This document shows, in pieces, positions 26,423 to 36,194 of a DNA stretch of 64,000 nucleotides; position 1 is the first letter of the stretch, and each line of letters opens with the position of its first letter. A model generated the notes under the pieces. That model saw nothing but the letters and a program-made list of their open reading frames with translations, was not told the origin of the DNA and did no database searches. Location of the stretch: the NCBI GenBank assembly GCA_036676985.1, contig JAKFBU010000027.1:160001-224000 (forward strand), in the 5' to 3' direction. Source of the DNA: Candidatus Sericytochromatia bacterium. Its GTDB lineage: Bacteria > Cyanobacteriota > Sericytochromatia > S15B-MN24 > UBA4093. The position numbers and the translations under genes were made by a program.

Positions 26423-27520
26423 ATGCGCATCCGCCACATCCTCGATCTTCTGGAAGAACTGGCCCCGTTGTCCTATGCGGCATCGTGGGACAACTGCGGA
26501 CTGCAAGTCGGGGATCCGGACGAGACCTGCTCGGGCGTGCTCGTCACCGTCAATCCGTCCCTCGCCGCGGTCCAGGAGGCCGAACGGGTCGGCGCGAATC
26601 TCGTCGTCGCCCACCACCCCTTGCTCTTCAAGGCCACCAAGCGCCTCGATACCCGCAGGGATCCCGGCCGCACCGTGGCGCACCTCGTCAAGGCGGGCAT
26701 CACCTGCTACGCGGCGCACACCAACCTGGACGCGACCGCCTGCAACCATCATCTGTCGGCCCTCATCGGCCTCAAGATGGATCGGGTGCTCCAGGCGGAG
26801 GGACGCCACCCGTGGTTCAAGCTCAGCGTGCTCGTGCCCGCGGGCTCGGAACGGTCCCTGCTCGAGGCCCTCTGGCAGGCCGGGGCGGGTCAGACGGGAG
26901 CCTACGACCGCGTCTCGTTCACGTCTGAGGGCACGGCGTCGTTCCGGCCCCTGCCGGGCTCGAGCCCGAGCCTGGGCCGGATCGGCACGGATCACGCGGG
27001 GGCAGAGGTCCGCGTGGAGGTTCTGGTGCCGGCGCCGGTCCGCGGCGCGGTGCTCGCAGCGCTCGTCAAGGCGCATCCCTACGAGGCGCCCGCCTACGAT
27101 CTCGTCCGGCTCGAAAACGGCGGGGAGTCCTACGGCATCGGCCTCTGGGGCGAGCTGGAGTCCCCCTTGACCGTCGGGGAGATCGCCGAGCGCGTCCGCA
27201 CGGCTCTCTCGCCCCGGAGCCTGCGCCTGGTCGGCGACAAGAGCCGGCTGGTCCGCCGCGTCGGCGTCTGCTCGGGGGCGGGCGGCGATCTGGCGGAGGC
27301 CGCCATCGCGCAGGGCGTCGATTGCTACATCACCGGAGAGGTCCGGTACCACACGGCCCTGGAAGCGGCTGAGCAAGGGCTCGCCATCCTGGAGGCCGGC
27401 CACCAGGCGACCGAGCAGCCGGTGGTCGATTACGTCACGAACTACTTGGCCGCGCGCGTTCCGGAAACGCTTCCCATCGTCGGATTCGCCGAGCCTGAAC
27501 CATTCGAGGTATTGAGCTAA
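26423..27520 (+). CDS. Nif3-like dinuclear metal centre protein with PII-like insertion (YqfO type)
   Basis: SWDNCGLQVG, AHHPLLF, HTNLD, HPYE.PAYD, GHQATE. Confidence 0.92.
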   Translation: MRIRHILDLLEELAPLSYAASWDNCGLQVGDPDETCSGVLVTVNPSLAAVQEAERVGANLVVAHHPLLFKATKRLDTRRDPGRTVAHLVKAGITCYAAHTNLDATACNHHLSALIGLKMDRVLQAEGRHPWFKLSVLVPAGSERSLLEALWQAGAGQTGAYDRVSFTSEGTASFRPLPGSSPSLGRIGTDHAGAEVRVEVLVPAPVRGAVLAALVKAHPYEAPAYDLVRLENGGESYGIGLWGELESPLTVGEIAERVRTALSPRSLRLVGDKSRLVRRVGVCSGAGGDLAEAAIAQGVDCYITGEVRYHTALEAAEQGLAILEAGHQATEQPVVDYVTNYLAARVPETLPIVGFAEPEPFEVLS

Positions 27521-28843
27521 ATGAATCCGTTACCCACCGTCGCCGTCGTGGGTCGTCCCAACGTCGGCAAGTCCACCTTCATCAACCGCATGGTCGGTGC
27601 GCGCGAGGCCATCGTCCACGACATGCCGGGCGTCACCCGCGATCGCCTCTACATGCGCACGGACTGGAACGGCCGCGACTTCGTGGTGGTCGACACGGGC
27701 GGCATCGTCCCCGGCACCGACGAGGAGCTGCTGCAGTCCGTCGAGCAACAGGCCCGGGTCGCCATCGAGGAGGCGGACGTCATCGTCTTCATCGTCGACG
27801 GCGAGGCGGGCGTGACGCCCGTGGACGAGGACGTCGCGAACCTCCTGCGCACCACCAAGAAGCCGCTGATTCTCGCCGTCAACAAGCTCGACAACGTCAC
27901 CGAGGACCCCAAGGCCTCCGAGTTCTGGTCCCTGGGGCTCGGCGAACCGCGTCCCATCTCGTCCATGCACGGCCTGGGCATCGGCGACCTGCTCGACGAG
28001 ATCGTGGGCGGCTTTCCGCCGCCGAGCGAGGAGCCCCCGCCCGAGGAGCTGCGCATCGCCATCGTGGGCAAGCCCAACGCCGGCAAGTCGTCCTTGACCA
28101 ACGCGCTGTTGGGCCATGAGCGCATGATCGTCTCGCCCGTGGCCGGCACGACCCGCGATGCGGTCGACACCCGCCTCGAGGTGAACGGCAAGGTCTACGT
28201 GCTCGTCGACACCGCGGGCATCCGCAAGAAGGCCCGCGTGGACTTCGGCGTCGAGCAGTTCTCGGTGGTCCGGGCCCTCAAGGCCGTCGACCGCGCGGAC
28301 GTGGTGGTGCTCGTCATCGATGGCGTCGAGGGCGTGACCGAGCAGGACCAGCGCATCGCCGCCATCGCCGAGGACTCGGGCAAGGCGCTCGTCGTGGCCG
28401 TCAACAAGTGGGACATCGTCCCCAAGGACACGCACACGATGGCGAGCTATCGCAAGATCCTGGAAGAGGAGCTGCGGCACGTGAAGTGGGCGGAGGTGGT
28501 CTTCATCTCGGCCAAGACCGGCCAGCGCATCGACCAGGTGCTCGAGGCCGCCGAGCGGGCCGCCGAGGAGAACAGCCGCCGCATCACCACGGGCGTCCTC
28601 AACGAGGTCATCTCCGAGGCCACGACCATGAACCCGCCCCCGGCGAGCCACGGCAAGCGCCTGCGTATCTACTACGCCTCGCAGGCGGTCACCAACCCGC
28701 CCACGTTCCTCATGTTCTGCAACGAGCCCAAGCTCGTGTCGGACCACTACAAACGGTACCTCGAGAACAAGATCCGCGAGGCGTTCGGCTTCTCTGGGAC
28801 GCCGCTGCGGCTCGTCTTCCGCCCCCGGCGCGATCGGGGCTAA
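27521..28843 (+). CDS. der: Ribosome biogenesis GTPase Der (EngA)
   Basis: Two G domains: GRPNVGKS/DTGG/NKLD and GKPNAGKS/DTAG/NKWD. Confidence 0.97.
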   Translation: MNPLPTVAVVGRPNVGKSTFINRMVGAREAIVHDMPGVTRDRLYMRTDWNGRDFVVVDTGGIVPGTDEELLQSVEQQARVAIEEADVIVFIVDGEAGVTPVDEDVANLLRTTKKPLILAVNKLDNVTEDPKASEFWSLGLGEPRPISSMHGLGIGDLLDEIVGGFPPPSEEPPPEELRIAIVGKPNAGKSSLTNALLGHERMIVSPVAGTTRDAVDTRLEVNGKVYVLVDTAGIRKKARVDFGVEQFSVVRALKAVDRADVVVLVIDGVEGVTEQDQRIAAIAEDSGKALVVAVNKWDIVPKDTHTMASYRKILEEELRHVKWAEVVFISAKTGQRIDQVLEAAERAAEENSRRITTGVLNEVISEATTMNPPPASHGKRLRIYYASQAVTNPPTFLMFCNEPKLVSDHYKRYLENKIREAFGFSGTPLRLVFRPRRDRG

Positions 28844-28849
28844 GGTCCG

Positions 28850-29449
28850 ATGCCCTTCTGGATCGTCCTTTCGTTGGTCGGAGCCTACGTGCTGGGCTCG
28901 GTGCCGTTCGCGCTCCTCATCAGCCGGATCTTCTACCGGATCGACATCCGGGAGCACGGATCGGGCAACGTGGGCGCCACCAACGTGGTGCGCGTCCTCG
29001 GCAAGGGGCCCGGCATCGCATGTTTCGTCCTGGACTTCCTCAAGGGCTTCGTGCCGACCTGGCTCGGCGGTCACTTCGGCTTTCCCTGGTGGGCGGTGCT
29101 GCTGCTCGGCGTGGCCGCCATCCTGGGTCATAGCCGCTCGCTGTTCCTGCGCTTCACCGGCGGCAAGTCGGTGGCGACCGGCGCGGGCGTCATCGTCGCG
29201 CTGTCCCCCTGGGTGGGCCTGTGCGCCCTCGCCCTCTGGGCGGTCGTGTTCGGCGTGAGCCGCATCGTGTCCCTGGGGTCGATCGTCGCCGCCGCCGCCC
29301 TGCCCCTGTTGATGTTCCTCTTCCACGAGCCCGTCCCTTACGTGGTCTTCTCGCTCGTGGTCTCCCTCTACGTCATCGTCCGTCACCGCAGCAACATCGA
29401 ACGCCTGCTCAAAGGTCAGGAGCAGCGCATGGGTACCAAGAAGCCATGA
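28850..29449 (+). CDS. plsY: Glycerol-3-phosphate acyltransferase
   Basis: GSGNVGATN, DFLKG, GGKSVAT, RHRSNI.RL..G.E. Confidence 0.95.
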   Translation: MPFWIVLSLVGAYVLGSVPFALLISRIFYRIDIREHGSGNVGATNVVRVLGKGPGIACFVLDFLKGFVPTWLGGHFGFPWWAVLLLGVAAILGHSRSLFLRFTGGKSVATGAGVIVALSPWVGLCALALWAVVFGVSRIVSLGSIVAAAALPLLMFLFHEPVPYVVFSLVVSLYVIVRHRSNIERLLKGQEQRMGTKKP

Positions 29450-30294
29450 GCCGTCCCGAAGGGTTCCGGGCCAAGAAGCGCCTGGGTCAGAATTTCCTCG
29501 TCGATCCCCGGATTCCGGTCGCGATCGCCGATGCCGCCGAGCTGCGCTCCGCGGACAAGGTGCTCGAGATCGGCCCCGGTCAGGGGGCGCTCACCCGCGA
29601 GCTGACCAAGGGGGCGGGTGAGGTGGTGGCCGTCGAGATCGATCAGCGCCTGCAGCCGACGCTGGACGCGTTGCAGAAGGAACTGCCCAACCTCCGGGTG
29701 GTCTGGGGGGACTTCATGCAAACGAGCATGGAGGACCTGGGGCTTACCGAGCCGGGCCTCAAGGTCGTCGCCAACATTCCCTACTACATCACGACGCCCA
29801 TTCTCCTGAAGCTGCTGCACGCCGACGAGATCGCGCGCCGGCCCCTGCCGGAAGTCCCGCCCCGGCCCGAGCGCATCATCCTCATGATCCAGCAGGAGGT
29901 CGCCGACCGACTGCTCGCCTCGCCCGGCAACAAGGACTACGGCTCCCTCTCGGTGATCGCGCAGTACGCGGCCGAGGTGAGCCGGGTCGTGCGCGTGCCG
30001 CGTACGGCGTTCGCGCCGCGCCCGCAGGTCGACTCCATGGTCGTCATGCTCAAGCCGCGCGCCGAGGCCCCCGTGGACGTGCCGAACCCGGCCCTGTTCT
30101 TCCGGGTGGTGCGCGGGTCCTTCGGGCAGCGCCGCAAGACGCTCCTCAACGCCCTCAAGGGAGCGGGCTTCCCCGCCGAGACCCTGAAGCCTGCCTTCGA
30201 GCGGATGGGGCTCGACTCGAACCGACGCGGCGAGACCCTCAGCCTGCAGGAGTTCGCGGATCTCGCCAAGGCGATCGACGCGGTCCAGGCTTAG
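29446..30294 (+). CDS. rsmA: 16S rRNA m6,2A dimethyltransferase
   Basis: KKRLGQNFL, LEIGPGQG, ANIPYYIT, PRPQVDS, QRRKTL; ATGA overlap with plsY. Confidence 0.96.
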   Translation: MSRPEGFRAKKRLGQNFLVDPRIPVAIADAAELRSADKVLEIGPGQGALTRELTKGAGEVVAVEIDQRLQPTLDALQKELPNLRVVWGDFMQTSMEDLGLTEPGLKVVANIPYYITTPILLKLLHADEIARRPLPEVPPRPERIILMIQQEVADRLLASPGNKDYGSLSVIAQYAAEVSRVVRVPRTAFAPRPQVDSMVVMLKPRAEAPVDVPNPALFFRVVRGSFGQRRKTLLNALKGAGFPAETLKPAFERMGLDSNRRGETLSLQEFADLAKAIDAVQA

Positions 30295-30296
30295 TC

Positions 30297-30346
30297 CCTG
30301 AACGAAACCGGCGTGGCCATTCCTGGCCACGCCGGCTTCGTTCAGG
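30297..30346. terminator. 23-bp stem hairpin between convergent genes
   Basis: cctgaacgaaaccggcgtggcca-ttcc-tggccacgccggcttcgttcagg (1 mismatch). Confidence 0.7.
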
Positions 30347-31118
30347 AATCCCTCGGGGAGTCGGGCAGGGATACCCGCGGCGGCGGCCCATCGAGGGCCT
30401 TGCGCTGCGGCATCTCCGGCAGCGAGAGGCGCGGGGGCGGGCCCGGCAGCTGCGGCCGCGCGGGCGGCTCGTCTCCGGTGGAGGCGGGCAGGGCTTGGCG
30501 CTCGGGCGCCGGGGCCGGCTGCAGGACCGGGATCATCGCCCGGATCTTGTCGCCCACGGCCCCGACCAGCGCCAGGGGCAGCATGGCGATGGCCAGGCCG
30601 AGCACGGTCTGCGAAATCGGAAACGCCACGTGCGCCCACGCCGCGCCCAGGCCGAGCTGACCGGCCCCTGCCACCTGGACGAGCATCCCGATGCCCATCA
30701 CCAGCCCCTGGGCGGCCATCAGGGCCGCGAAGCGGCGGCGCATGCCACCCGGCATCGAGAGCCGTGCCGCCAGCCACGCGGCGAAGGGGAAGGCCAGCAG
30801 GAACGGGAAGCCCGAGGTCCCCATGTAGCCGAATCCGCCCCCGTCCGCGAAGATCGGTAGGCCGCAGAGCCCCATCAGCAGGTAGACGAACTGGCTCATG
30901 AAGGCGCCGACCGGGCCCAGGAAGGTGGCCGCGACGCCGAGGGCCACGAGCTGGCCCGACGTCGTGTAGAGCCCGCCGCTCAGGAAGTGCCATGCGAACC
31001 ACTCATCCGCGTTCGGCAGGTGACTCCCCCCCAGCACGAGGTAGGGCAGGGGCAGCGCGATGAAGGTGCCGAATGCCGTCAGGCTGGCGAACAGGACGGT
31101 CCGAAGCGGCTTGAGCAA
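30342..31118 (-). CDS. bioY: Biotin transporter BioY with Pro-rich C-terminal tail
   Basis: SQ..YLLMGL.GLPIFA.GGG..Y...GFPFL; start reassigned to TTG 31118 (GAGGT RBS). Confidence 0.75.
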   Translation of the reverse strand: MLKPLRTVLFASLTAFGTFIALPLPYLVLGGSHLPNADEWFAWHFLSGGLYTTSGQLVALGVAATFLGPVGAFMSQFVYLLMGLCGLPIFADGGGFGYMGTSGFPFLLAFPFAAWLAARLSMPGGMRRRFAALMAAQGLVMGIGMLVQVAGAGQLGLGAAWAHVAFPISQTVLGLAIAMLPLALVGAVGDKIRAMIPVLQPAPAPERQALPASTGDEPPARPQLPGPPPRLSLPEMPQRKALDGPPPRVSLPDSPRDS

Positions 31119-31196
31119 TCCGGGTACCTCGACGCGGGACGGGGCATAATGGGGCAATGGCGGTATTGTAATCGAGAAAGGGGCGCTTGAAAACCA

Positions 31197-31718
31197 ATGC
31201 CGAGCGGCAAGACCCACGATCGCATCACCTTCCTCGCCGCCCTTCCGGCCGGGCTCGGCTGTCATGCCTACCTCGGCGCCTGGGAGCCGGCGGTGGCCGT
31301 CGCCGGGGGCGTCCTGTTCGGCGGGCTCATGTTCGGCCCCGATCTGGACGTGAAGAGCGTCCAGTATTACCGGTGGGGCCCCTTGCGCTGGATCTGGTGG
31401 CCCTATCAACGCATGTTCCGGCATCGATCGCCCTGGACGCACGGTCTTGCCTGGGGGCTGGTCGTGCGCCTCCTCTATCTGACGCTCGTCACGGGCGCCA
31501 TGGCGGCCATCGCCTTCGCCCTCGTCCACACCTACGTCATGCCGCTGTCCTTTTCCGTCGACGCCCATGCGCTCTTTGTCGCGCCCGATCAGCTGACCGC
31601 CCGACTCCTCATAGCGGGGCTCGTGGGGACCTGGCTGGGCGGTGCGCTGCACACCTGGGCCGACGTCGTCGTGAGCGCCCTCAAGCGGCGGCTCGGGGGC
31701 CGGCGTCGCGGCCGCTGA
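31197..31718 (+). CDS. DUF2227-like metal-binding membrane protein
   Basis: MPSGKTHD, PDLD, W.PY...F.HRS..TH, LH..AD. Confidence 0.85.
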   Translation: MPSGKTHDRITFLAALPAGLGCHAYLGAWEPAVAVAGGVLFGGLMFGPDLDVKSVQYYRWGPLRWIWWPYQRMFRHRSPWTHGLAWGLVVRLLYLTLVTGAMAAIAFALVHTYVMPLSFSVDAHALFVAPDQLTARLLIAGLVGTWLGGALHTWADVVVSALKRRLGGRRRGR

Positions 31719-31745
31719 CGACCCCGGTGCGAACGGCCCGAAAGT

Positions 31746-31774
31746 TTGACAATGCCTAGGTCGGTGCCTATACT
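31746..31774 (+). promoter_or_regulatory. Near-consensus sigma70 promoter of secDF
   Basis: TTGACA-17nt-TATACT. Confidence 0.85.
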
Positions 31775-31966
31775 GCTAGAGACTTTTTGCGCCCGTTCCA
31801 GGCGCCATGGTCTCCTCGAGCTTCCGACCCAGTTCGGCATCGGGCTGCTTGCCGCCCTACGCGGCGCTTCCAATCCGTTTCGGTAGGTGCTCGAACCCCG
31901 GTTGTACCCAGCTTCCACTCCCGACCACACCGGCGGATGGGACATCATCTTTAGGAGGCGTACCCT

Positions 31967-33253
31967 TTGAGCCCTAGGAAACTCCTGCTCCTGGTCGTCG
32001 TGCTCCTCACGCTTGGAGCGCTGTACGTGATCCAGGACGAGAAGCAGTTCCCGACGAAGTACGGCTTGGACATCCAAGGCGGCATGCACCTTGTTCTCGA
32101 GGCCAAGGACACGGCCAAGATCAAGGTCACCCCCGAGGTCATGCAGAGCGTCATCGCCGTCGTCCGCAACCGCGTCGACGCGTACGGCGTCAGCGAGCCC
32201 TTGATCCAGAAGAAGGGCGATCGCCAGGTCGTGGTCGAGATGCCCGGCATCAAGAACCCCGACGAGGCGCGTCAGCTCCTCGGCAAGACGGCTCACCTGA
32301 CCTTCTGGGAGCTGCCCGGCAACGTCCAGGCGCCCACCGCCACCGCCACCGGCAGCGCCAGCCCCTGGGTCAAGACCGAGCTCGACGGCAGCATGCTCGT
32401 CGAGGCCAAGGCCGAGCCCGATCCGCAGCACGGCGGCTGGCAGATCGCCATCAAGTTCAACCCGGAAGGCTCCAAGCTCTTCGGCGAGATCTCGAGCCGC
32501 AACGTCGGCAAGCCCGTCGCCATGCGCCTCGACGACCAGGAGATCTCGGCGCCCCGCATCGAGGGTCCCATTCTCGGCGGTGCGGCCCAGATCACGGGCA
32601 ACTTCGACGCCAAGCAGGCCCAGCAGCTCGCGGTCCAGCTCAAGGCGGGCTCCCTGCCCGTTCCCCTGGAAGAGGTGGAGACCCGTACCATCGGCCCCAC
32701 GCTCGGCCAGGACACGGTCCGCGCCTCCATGTTCGCGGGTGTCGTCGGCTTCGCCGCCGTCGTCCTCTTCATGCTCGGCTACTACCGTCTGCCGGGCCTG
32801 GTGGCGGCCATCGCGCTCGCCATCTACGCCGCGCTCAACTTCGCCATCTTCAAGCTGATCCCCGTCACCCTGACGGTGCCCGGCATCGCGGGCTTCATTC
32901 TCTCGATCGGCATGGCGGTCGACGCCAACATCCTCATCTTCGAGCGCACCAAGGAAGAGCTCAAGCGCGGCCGCAGCCTCTACGCCGCGATCGAGATCGG
33001 CTTCAAGCGGGCGTTCACCGCGATCTTCGACTCCAACTCCACGACCCTGCTCACCTGTGCCATCCTCTACTACTTCGGCACCGGCCTGGTCCGCGGGTTC
33101 GCGCTCACCCTGGCCATTGGCGTCATCGTCTCGATGTTCACGGCCATCACCGTCAGCCGCGCTCTCTTGCACGCTCTGCTCGAGGGTCGCAGGGGCCTCA
33201 AGTCGCCGTCCTACTTCGGCGTCAAGGTCCCGGCCAGCGACAAGGCTAGCTAG
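31967..33253 (+). CDS. secD: Protein translocase subunit SecD
   Basis: GLDIQGG, RVDAYGVSEP, IGPTLG, IGMAVDANILIFER; AGGAGG RBS + TTG. Confidence 0.96.
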   Translation: MSPRKLLLLVVVLLTLGALYVIQDEKQFPTKYGLDIQGGMHLVLEAKDTAKIKVTPEVMQSVIAVVRNRVDAYGVSEPLIQKKGDRQVVVEMPGIKNPDEARQLLGKTAHLTFWELPGNVQAPTATATGSASPWVKTELDGSMLVEAKAEPDPQHGGWQIAIKFNPEGSKLFGEISSRNVGKPVAMRLDDQEISAPRIEGPILGGAAQITGNFDAKQAQQLAVQLKAGSLPVPLEEVETRTIGPTLGQDTVRASMFAGVVGFAAVVLFMLGYYRLPGLVAAIALAIYAALNFAIFKLIPVTLTVPGIAGFILSIGMAVDANILIFERTKEELKRGRSLYAAIEIGFKRAFTAIFDSNSTTLLTCAILYYFGTGLVRGFALTLAIGVIVSMFTAITVSRALLHALLEGRRGLKSPSYFGVKVPASDKAS

Positions 33254-33264
33254 GAGGAATCGGC

Positions 33265-34224
33265 ATGGCCATCAACGAAACGCAACTTCCCGAAACCCAC
33301 ATCGTCGACGTCATGGGCCGCAAGAACCTCTGGTTCGGCGTCTCGATCGCCATGGTGCTCGCGGCGCTCATCGCCATCGGCGTCTGCTTCCAGAAGTTCG
33401 GCGCCCCGGTCAAGCTGGGCATCGACTTCACGGGCGGCACGCTCATGGAGGTCACCTTCAACCAGCCCGAGAAGACCGAGGACGTCCGGCACGCCTTCGA
33501 GTCCAAGGGCGTCGAGCCGCACATCACGGCCTCGACCGACGGCAAGACCTTCTCGGTCCGCTCGCAGTACCTCGACAAGACCAAGTCGCTCGAGGTCAAG
33601 GATGAGCTGCGCAAGGTCGGAGCGTTCGACGAGCAGCACTTCCGCCTGGAATCGGTCGGTCCCACCATCGGTCAGGAGCTCCTCCGCAACGCCGCCATGG
33701 CCCTCGGCATCGGCATCGTGGGCATCCTCCTCTACATCACCTTCCGCTACCAGTTCGACTTCGCCCTCTCGGCCATCATCGCGATGGTCCACGACGGCAT
33801 CCTCATGATCGGCTCCTTCGCCTTCTTGAGCCTGACCGTAGGATCCGAGGCCGACGGCCTGCTCGTGGTCGCGCTGCTCACCATCATGGGCTTCTCGGTC
33901 CACGACACGATCGTCATCTTCGACCGCTTCCGCGAGAACCTCAAGTTCGCGAAGAAGGGCGACACCTTCGGCGACATCGCCAACCGGAGCGTCAACCAGA
34001 CCTTCGCGCGGTCCATCAACACCTCGCTGACGCTGGTGCTGGTGCTCCTGCCCCTGGTCCTCTTCGGCGGGCACACGATCTTCGCCTTCACGCTGGTCAT
34101 GCTGCTCGGGGTACTCTTCGGAGCCTACTCCTCGATCTTCAACGCGGGTCCGCTGCTCGTGATACTCCGCGAGCGCAACGCCAAATCCAAGCCGCAGCAG
34201 ACGGCTGCGAACGGCGCGACCTAA
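33265..34224 (+). CDS. secF: Protein translocase subunit SecF
   Basis: GIDFTGG, VGPTIG, GFSVHDTIVIFDR.REN. Confidence 0.96.
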   Translation: MAINETQLPETHIVDVMGRKNLWFGVSIAMVLAALIAIGVCFQKFGAPVKLGIDFTGGTLMEVTFNQPEKTEDVRHAFESKGVEPHITASTDGKTFSVRSQYLDKTKSLEVKDELRKVGAFDEQHFRLESVGPTIGQELLRNAAMALGIGIVGILLYITFRYQFDFALSAIIAMVHDGILMIGSFAFLSLTVGSEADGLLVVALLTIMGFSVHDTIVIFDRFRENLKFAKKGDTFGDIANRSVNQTFARSINTSLTLVLVLLPLVLFGGHTIFAFTLVMLLGVLFGAYSSIFNAGPLLVILRERNAKSKPQQTAANGAT

Positions 34225-34232
34225 CCCCCGTC

Positions 34233-34265
34233 ACCCCCCGGCCCGGCGTCGGGGGGTGCTTTTTG
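34233..34265 (+). terminator. Intrinsic terminator after secF
   Basis: accccccg...cggggggt + T tract. Confidence 0.7.
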
Positions 34266-34266
34266 C

Positions 34267-34295
34267 TTGCCGGTCAACCTTAACTGCGTTAAACT
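34267..34295 (+). promoter_or_regulatory. Promoter of mrp-marR with palindromic operator
   Basis: TTGCCG-17nt-TAAACT; TTAAC-tgc-GTTAA (34280-34292) overlaps the -10. Confidence 0.55.
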
Positions 34296-34332
34296 TTACC
34301 TAGACTACCCACCTCAAGGAGCTTTCCAGCCC

Positions 34333-35406
34333 ATGGCAACCACCGAACAAGTCCTCAAGGCCCTCTCCACCGTCAACGATCCCGAGCTGCACCGGGATCT
34401 CGTGTCGCTCAAGATGATCGACGACTTGCGAATCGAGGGCAGCACCGTTCGCTTCAAGGTCATCCTGACCACCCCTGCCTGCCCCCTCAAGGGCAAGATC
34501 CAGTCCGACTGCACCGAGGCCGTCCTGAAGATGGTCCCGGGCGTCACGGACGTCGTCATCGAGTGGGGCGCCAACGTCAAGGCGAGCCTGCAGCCCACCT
34601 CCATCCCCGGCGTCAAGCACGCCGTGGCCATCGGCTCGGGCAAGGGCGGCGTCGGCAAGTCGACCGTCACCGTCAACCTCGCCTTGGCCCTCGCCGAGAC
34701 GGGTGCCAAGGTCGGCGTCCTCGACGCGGACATCTACGGCCCCTCGATCCCGCTTATGATGGGCATCAACGAGAAGCCCTTCATCAAGGACGGCAAGGTT
34801 CTGCCCCTCGAGAAGTACGGCGTCAAGCTGATGTCTATCGGCTTCTTGCTCGAGAACCCGGACGACCCCGTCATCTGGCGCGGTCCCATGCTCGCGGGCG
34901 TCCTCCAGCAGTTCGTGCGCGAGGTGGACTGGGGCGAGCTCGACTACCTGCTCATCGACCTGCCGCCCGGCACGGGGGATGTGCCCTTGAGCCTCACCCA
35001 GCAGATCCCGCTCTCGGGCGTGGCCATCGTCCTGACGCCGCAGCCCGTGGCGCAGCAGATCGGCATGAAGAGCCTCAAGATGTTCCAGCAGCTGCCCACG
35101 CAGGTGCCCGTCCTCGGCATCATCGAGAACATGAGCGCCTTCGTGTGCCCCGAGTGCTCGCACGCGACGCCCATCTTCTCGGCCGGCGGCGGTACCAAGA
35201 TGAGCGAGGTGGCAGGTGTCCCCATGCTCGGCGAGATCCCGCTGGATCCCAAGATCCGCACCGGCGGTGACGAGGGCAAGCCCGTGTTCGTGGCCGAGCC
35301 GCAATCGCCCCAGGCCGAAGCGTTCCGCAACATCGCCCGCCACATGGCTGGTCAGGTCTCCATCCGGGAATTCAACCGGATGGTGGAGCTGCCGGTCCTC
35401 CGCTAA
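34333..35406 (+). CDS. mrp: Mrp/NBP35 (ApbC) Fe-S cluster carrier ATPase
   Basis: N-terminal DPEL..TTPACPL domain, GKGGVGKS, DADIYGPS, DLPPGTGD, ENMS..CPEC; AAGGAG RBS. Confidence 0.95.
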   Translation: MATTEQVLKALSTVNDPELHRDLVSLKMIDDLRIEGSTVRFKVILTTPACPLKGKIQSDCTEAVLKMVPGVTDVVIEWGANVKASLQPTSIPGVKHAVAIGSGKGGVGKSTVTVNLALALAETGAKVGVLDADIYGPSIPLMMGINEKPFIKDGKVLPLEKYGVKLMSIGFLLENPDDPVIWRGPMLAGVLQQFVREVDWGELDYLLIDLPPGTGDVPLSLTQQIPLSGVAIVLTPQPVAQQIGMKSLKMFQQLPTQVPVLGIIENMSAFVCPECSHATPIFSAGGGTKMSEVAGVPMLGEIPLDPKIRTGGDEGKPVFVAEPQSPQAEAFRNIARHMAGQVSIREFNRMVELPVLR

Positions 35407-35421
35407 GGACGTCGTCGCCCT

Positions 35422-35976
35422 ATGAAAGACGTGCTCCTGCGCGATGCCGAGACCCTGTTCGGCCTGTTCACCGACCTCGTCCACCGGGTGCTGGTCACGG
35501 AGATCCTGCCGGACATCGCCGACCTGGACCTGACGCATGCCCAGGTCGAGGCGCTGCTGTTCCTGGTGCGCCACGACCCGGCATGCGTGGGGGACCTGGC
35601 CGACGGCCTGGACATCAGCTACCCGGCGGCCACCAAGGCCATCGACCGGCTGGTCGCCAAGGGCCTGGTGACGCGTCGGGAAAGCGAGCGGGACCGCCGC
35701 CAGTCCGAGCTCACGGTGACCGAGGACGGGCGCGAGGTCATCGAGCGCATCCGGGTCGCCCGGCGCGCGCGTCTGGAGGCCATCTTCGCCCGCATGTCCG
35801 GTGATGACCAGCGGGCCCTGCTCAAGGGCCTCAAGGGCTTCCTCACCGCGGGCTTCATGACCGACAAGGAGCTCATCATGTCCACCTGCCAGCGCTGCGG
35901 CGTGGACTGCTTCACGGACTGCGTGGTCAACCAGTCGCACCTCGCCTTCCTGGGATGTGAGATCTCGGGCGTCTAG
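35422..35976 (+). CDS. MarR family regulator with C-terminal Cys cluster
   Basis: LT..Q, DLA, T..IDRL..KGLV.R...DRR...LT..G; tail CQRCGVDCFTDC...C. Confidence 0.9.
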   Translation: MKDVLLRDAETLFGLFTDLVHRVLVTEILPDIADLDLTHAQVEALLFLVRHDPACVGDLADGLDISYPAATKAIDRLVAKGLVTRRESERDRRQSELTVTEDGREVIERIRVARRARLEAIFARMSGDDQRALLKGLKGFLTAGFMTDKELIMSTCQRCGVDCFTDCVVNQSHLAFLGCEISGV

Positions 35977-36093
35977 ACCGCGACCCGATCGCGCCCCGGA
36001 GTGGCCATGGCCGTCCGGGGCGCGCGTCGTTCTGGAGGCCGTCCAGGGCGCGCCGCAGGGCCCTTCGAGCGGCATGAACGCTGGACGTTCGGC

Positions 36094-36123
36094 TTTACTC
36101 GCGCCTGCCTGCCGGGGTACAAT
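36094..36123 (+). promoter_or_regulatory. Sigma70-type promoter
   Basis: TTTACT-18nt-TACAAT upstream of the LpxB-like gene. Confidence 0.5.
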
Positions 36124-36194
36124 GCTGTTTCGACACGCCCCCGAGGCGCACCCGGGCGTTCGTGTCATGAGGCCTGGGGCCTGAGGAGTATGCG

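Noticed and set aside
31807-31977. 56-codon uORF as a secDF arrest peptide
   Set aside because: No SD, signal peptide or RAPP/RAGP-like motif; atypical codon usage
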